DNA of 63,653 nucleotides, the filler included, from Chiloscyllium plagiosum (taxonomy: Eukaryota), in NCBI RefSeq assembly GCF_004010195.1. It is 5 parts of one record of this genome, joined end to end, with 100 filler letters (N's around TTAATTAATTAA, not from the genome) between each part and the next. Parts side by side here need not be neighbours in the genome. Positions count along the whole stretch, not along the records: positions 57,995 to 63,653 come from NC_057713.1; 4 more parts are not named here. The stretch is one strand, 5' to 3'. How positions within the stretch are numbered: the first letter of the stretch is position 1; each line of letters starts with the position of its first letter. Positions 63,065 to 63,653 of the stretch are shown one piece after another. The notes under the pieces were generated by a model that saw nothing but the letters and a program-made list of their open reading frames with translations, searched no databases and had not been told where the DNA came from. Made by a program: the position numbers and the translations under genes.

Positions 63065-63310
63065 ACGTGGCACAGTGATAGTGCCCCTACCACTGGACTG
63101 GGAGGCTCGGGTTCAAGTTCCATTTCCACCTAGTCTAGAGTTGAGTAGTAACAAGTCTGAATAGGTTGATTAGAAACATAGTTTAAATAAAAAGAACTGC
63201 CTAAAAGTGGGCCCTCTTGTGGCACAGTGGTAGTGTCTGTAGCCCTGGGCTGGGAGACCTGAGTTCTAGTCCGACCTGCTCCAGAGATGTGTAATGAAAA
63301 TAGATTAGAA
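63065..63310 (+). mobile_element. Two tandem tRNA-derived SINE heads
   Basis: GTGGCACAGTG(A/G)TAGTG A-box and G(G/A)GTTC(A/T)AGT B-box, twice. Confidence 0.55.
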
Positions 63311-63364
63311 AATAAAAGGCATTTTAAAATTATCTGCCTCTTAGGGGACCCTCTAGTTGCACAG

Positions 63365-63653
63365 TAGATTAGATTACTTACAGTGTGGAAACAGGCCCTT
63401 CGGCCCAACAAGTCCACACCTACCCGCCGAAGCGCAACCCACCCATGCCCCTACATTTACCCCTTACCTAACACTACGGGGAATTTAGCATGGCCAATTC
63501 ACCTGACCTGCACATCTTTGGACTGTGGGAGGAAACTGGAGCACCCGGAGGAAACCCAAGCAGACATGGGGAGAATGTGCAAACTCCACGCAGTCAGTCG
63601 CCTAAGGTGGGAATTGAACCCGGGTCTCTGGCGCTGTGAGGCAGCAGTGCTAA
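63365..63653 (-). mobile_element. HE1-type V-SINE, cut by window end
   Basis: Near-identical to 2041-2347 and 3615-3925. Confidence 0.92.

Overview
This is eukaryotic, repeat-dominated DNA, almost certainly elasmobranch (shark/ray): it carries HE1-type V-SINEs and HER1/CR1 LINEs. The window is five contigs joined by artificial 100-bp spacers (44 N + TTAATTAATTAA + 44 N), so adjacency across them is unproven. Most sequence is nested, degraded CR1 LINE, with Rex/Babar, Tx1, Penelope-like (PLE), Gypsy and MITE fragments. Host-gene content is four recognisable spliced exons: one AOC1 (diamine oxidase) exon, one TILa/TSP1 exon most like SCO-spondin, and two consecutive GADL1 exons. The notable non-genic items are: (i) about ten short PLE terminal-repeat insertions, several with target-site duplications, carrying minimal type-I hammerhead ribozyme motifs, including an intact one at 40629-40663 and a compensatory U3:A8 variant family; (ii) a decayed endogenous retrovirus pol-tail plus gamma-type env (CxxC, ISD, CX6CC); (iii) a tRNA-Gly body with a TCT (Arg) anticodon; (iv) a 6.2-kb satellite with a 64-bp hairpin-containing unit and higher-order structure. 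All homology calls come from motif recognition, not database searches, and repeat boundaries are approximate.
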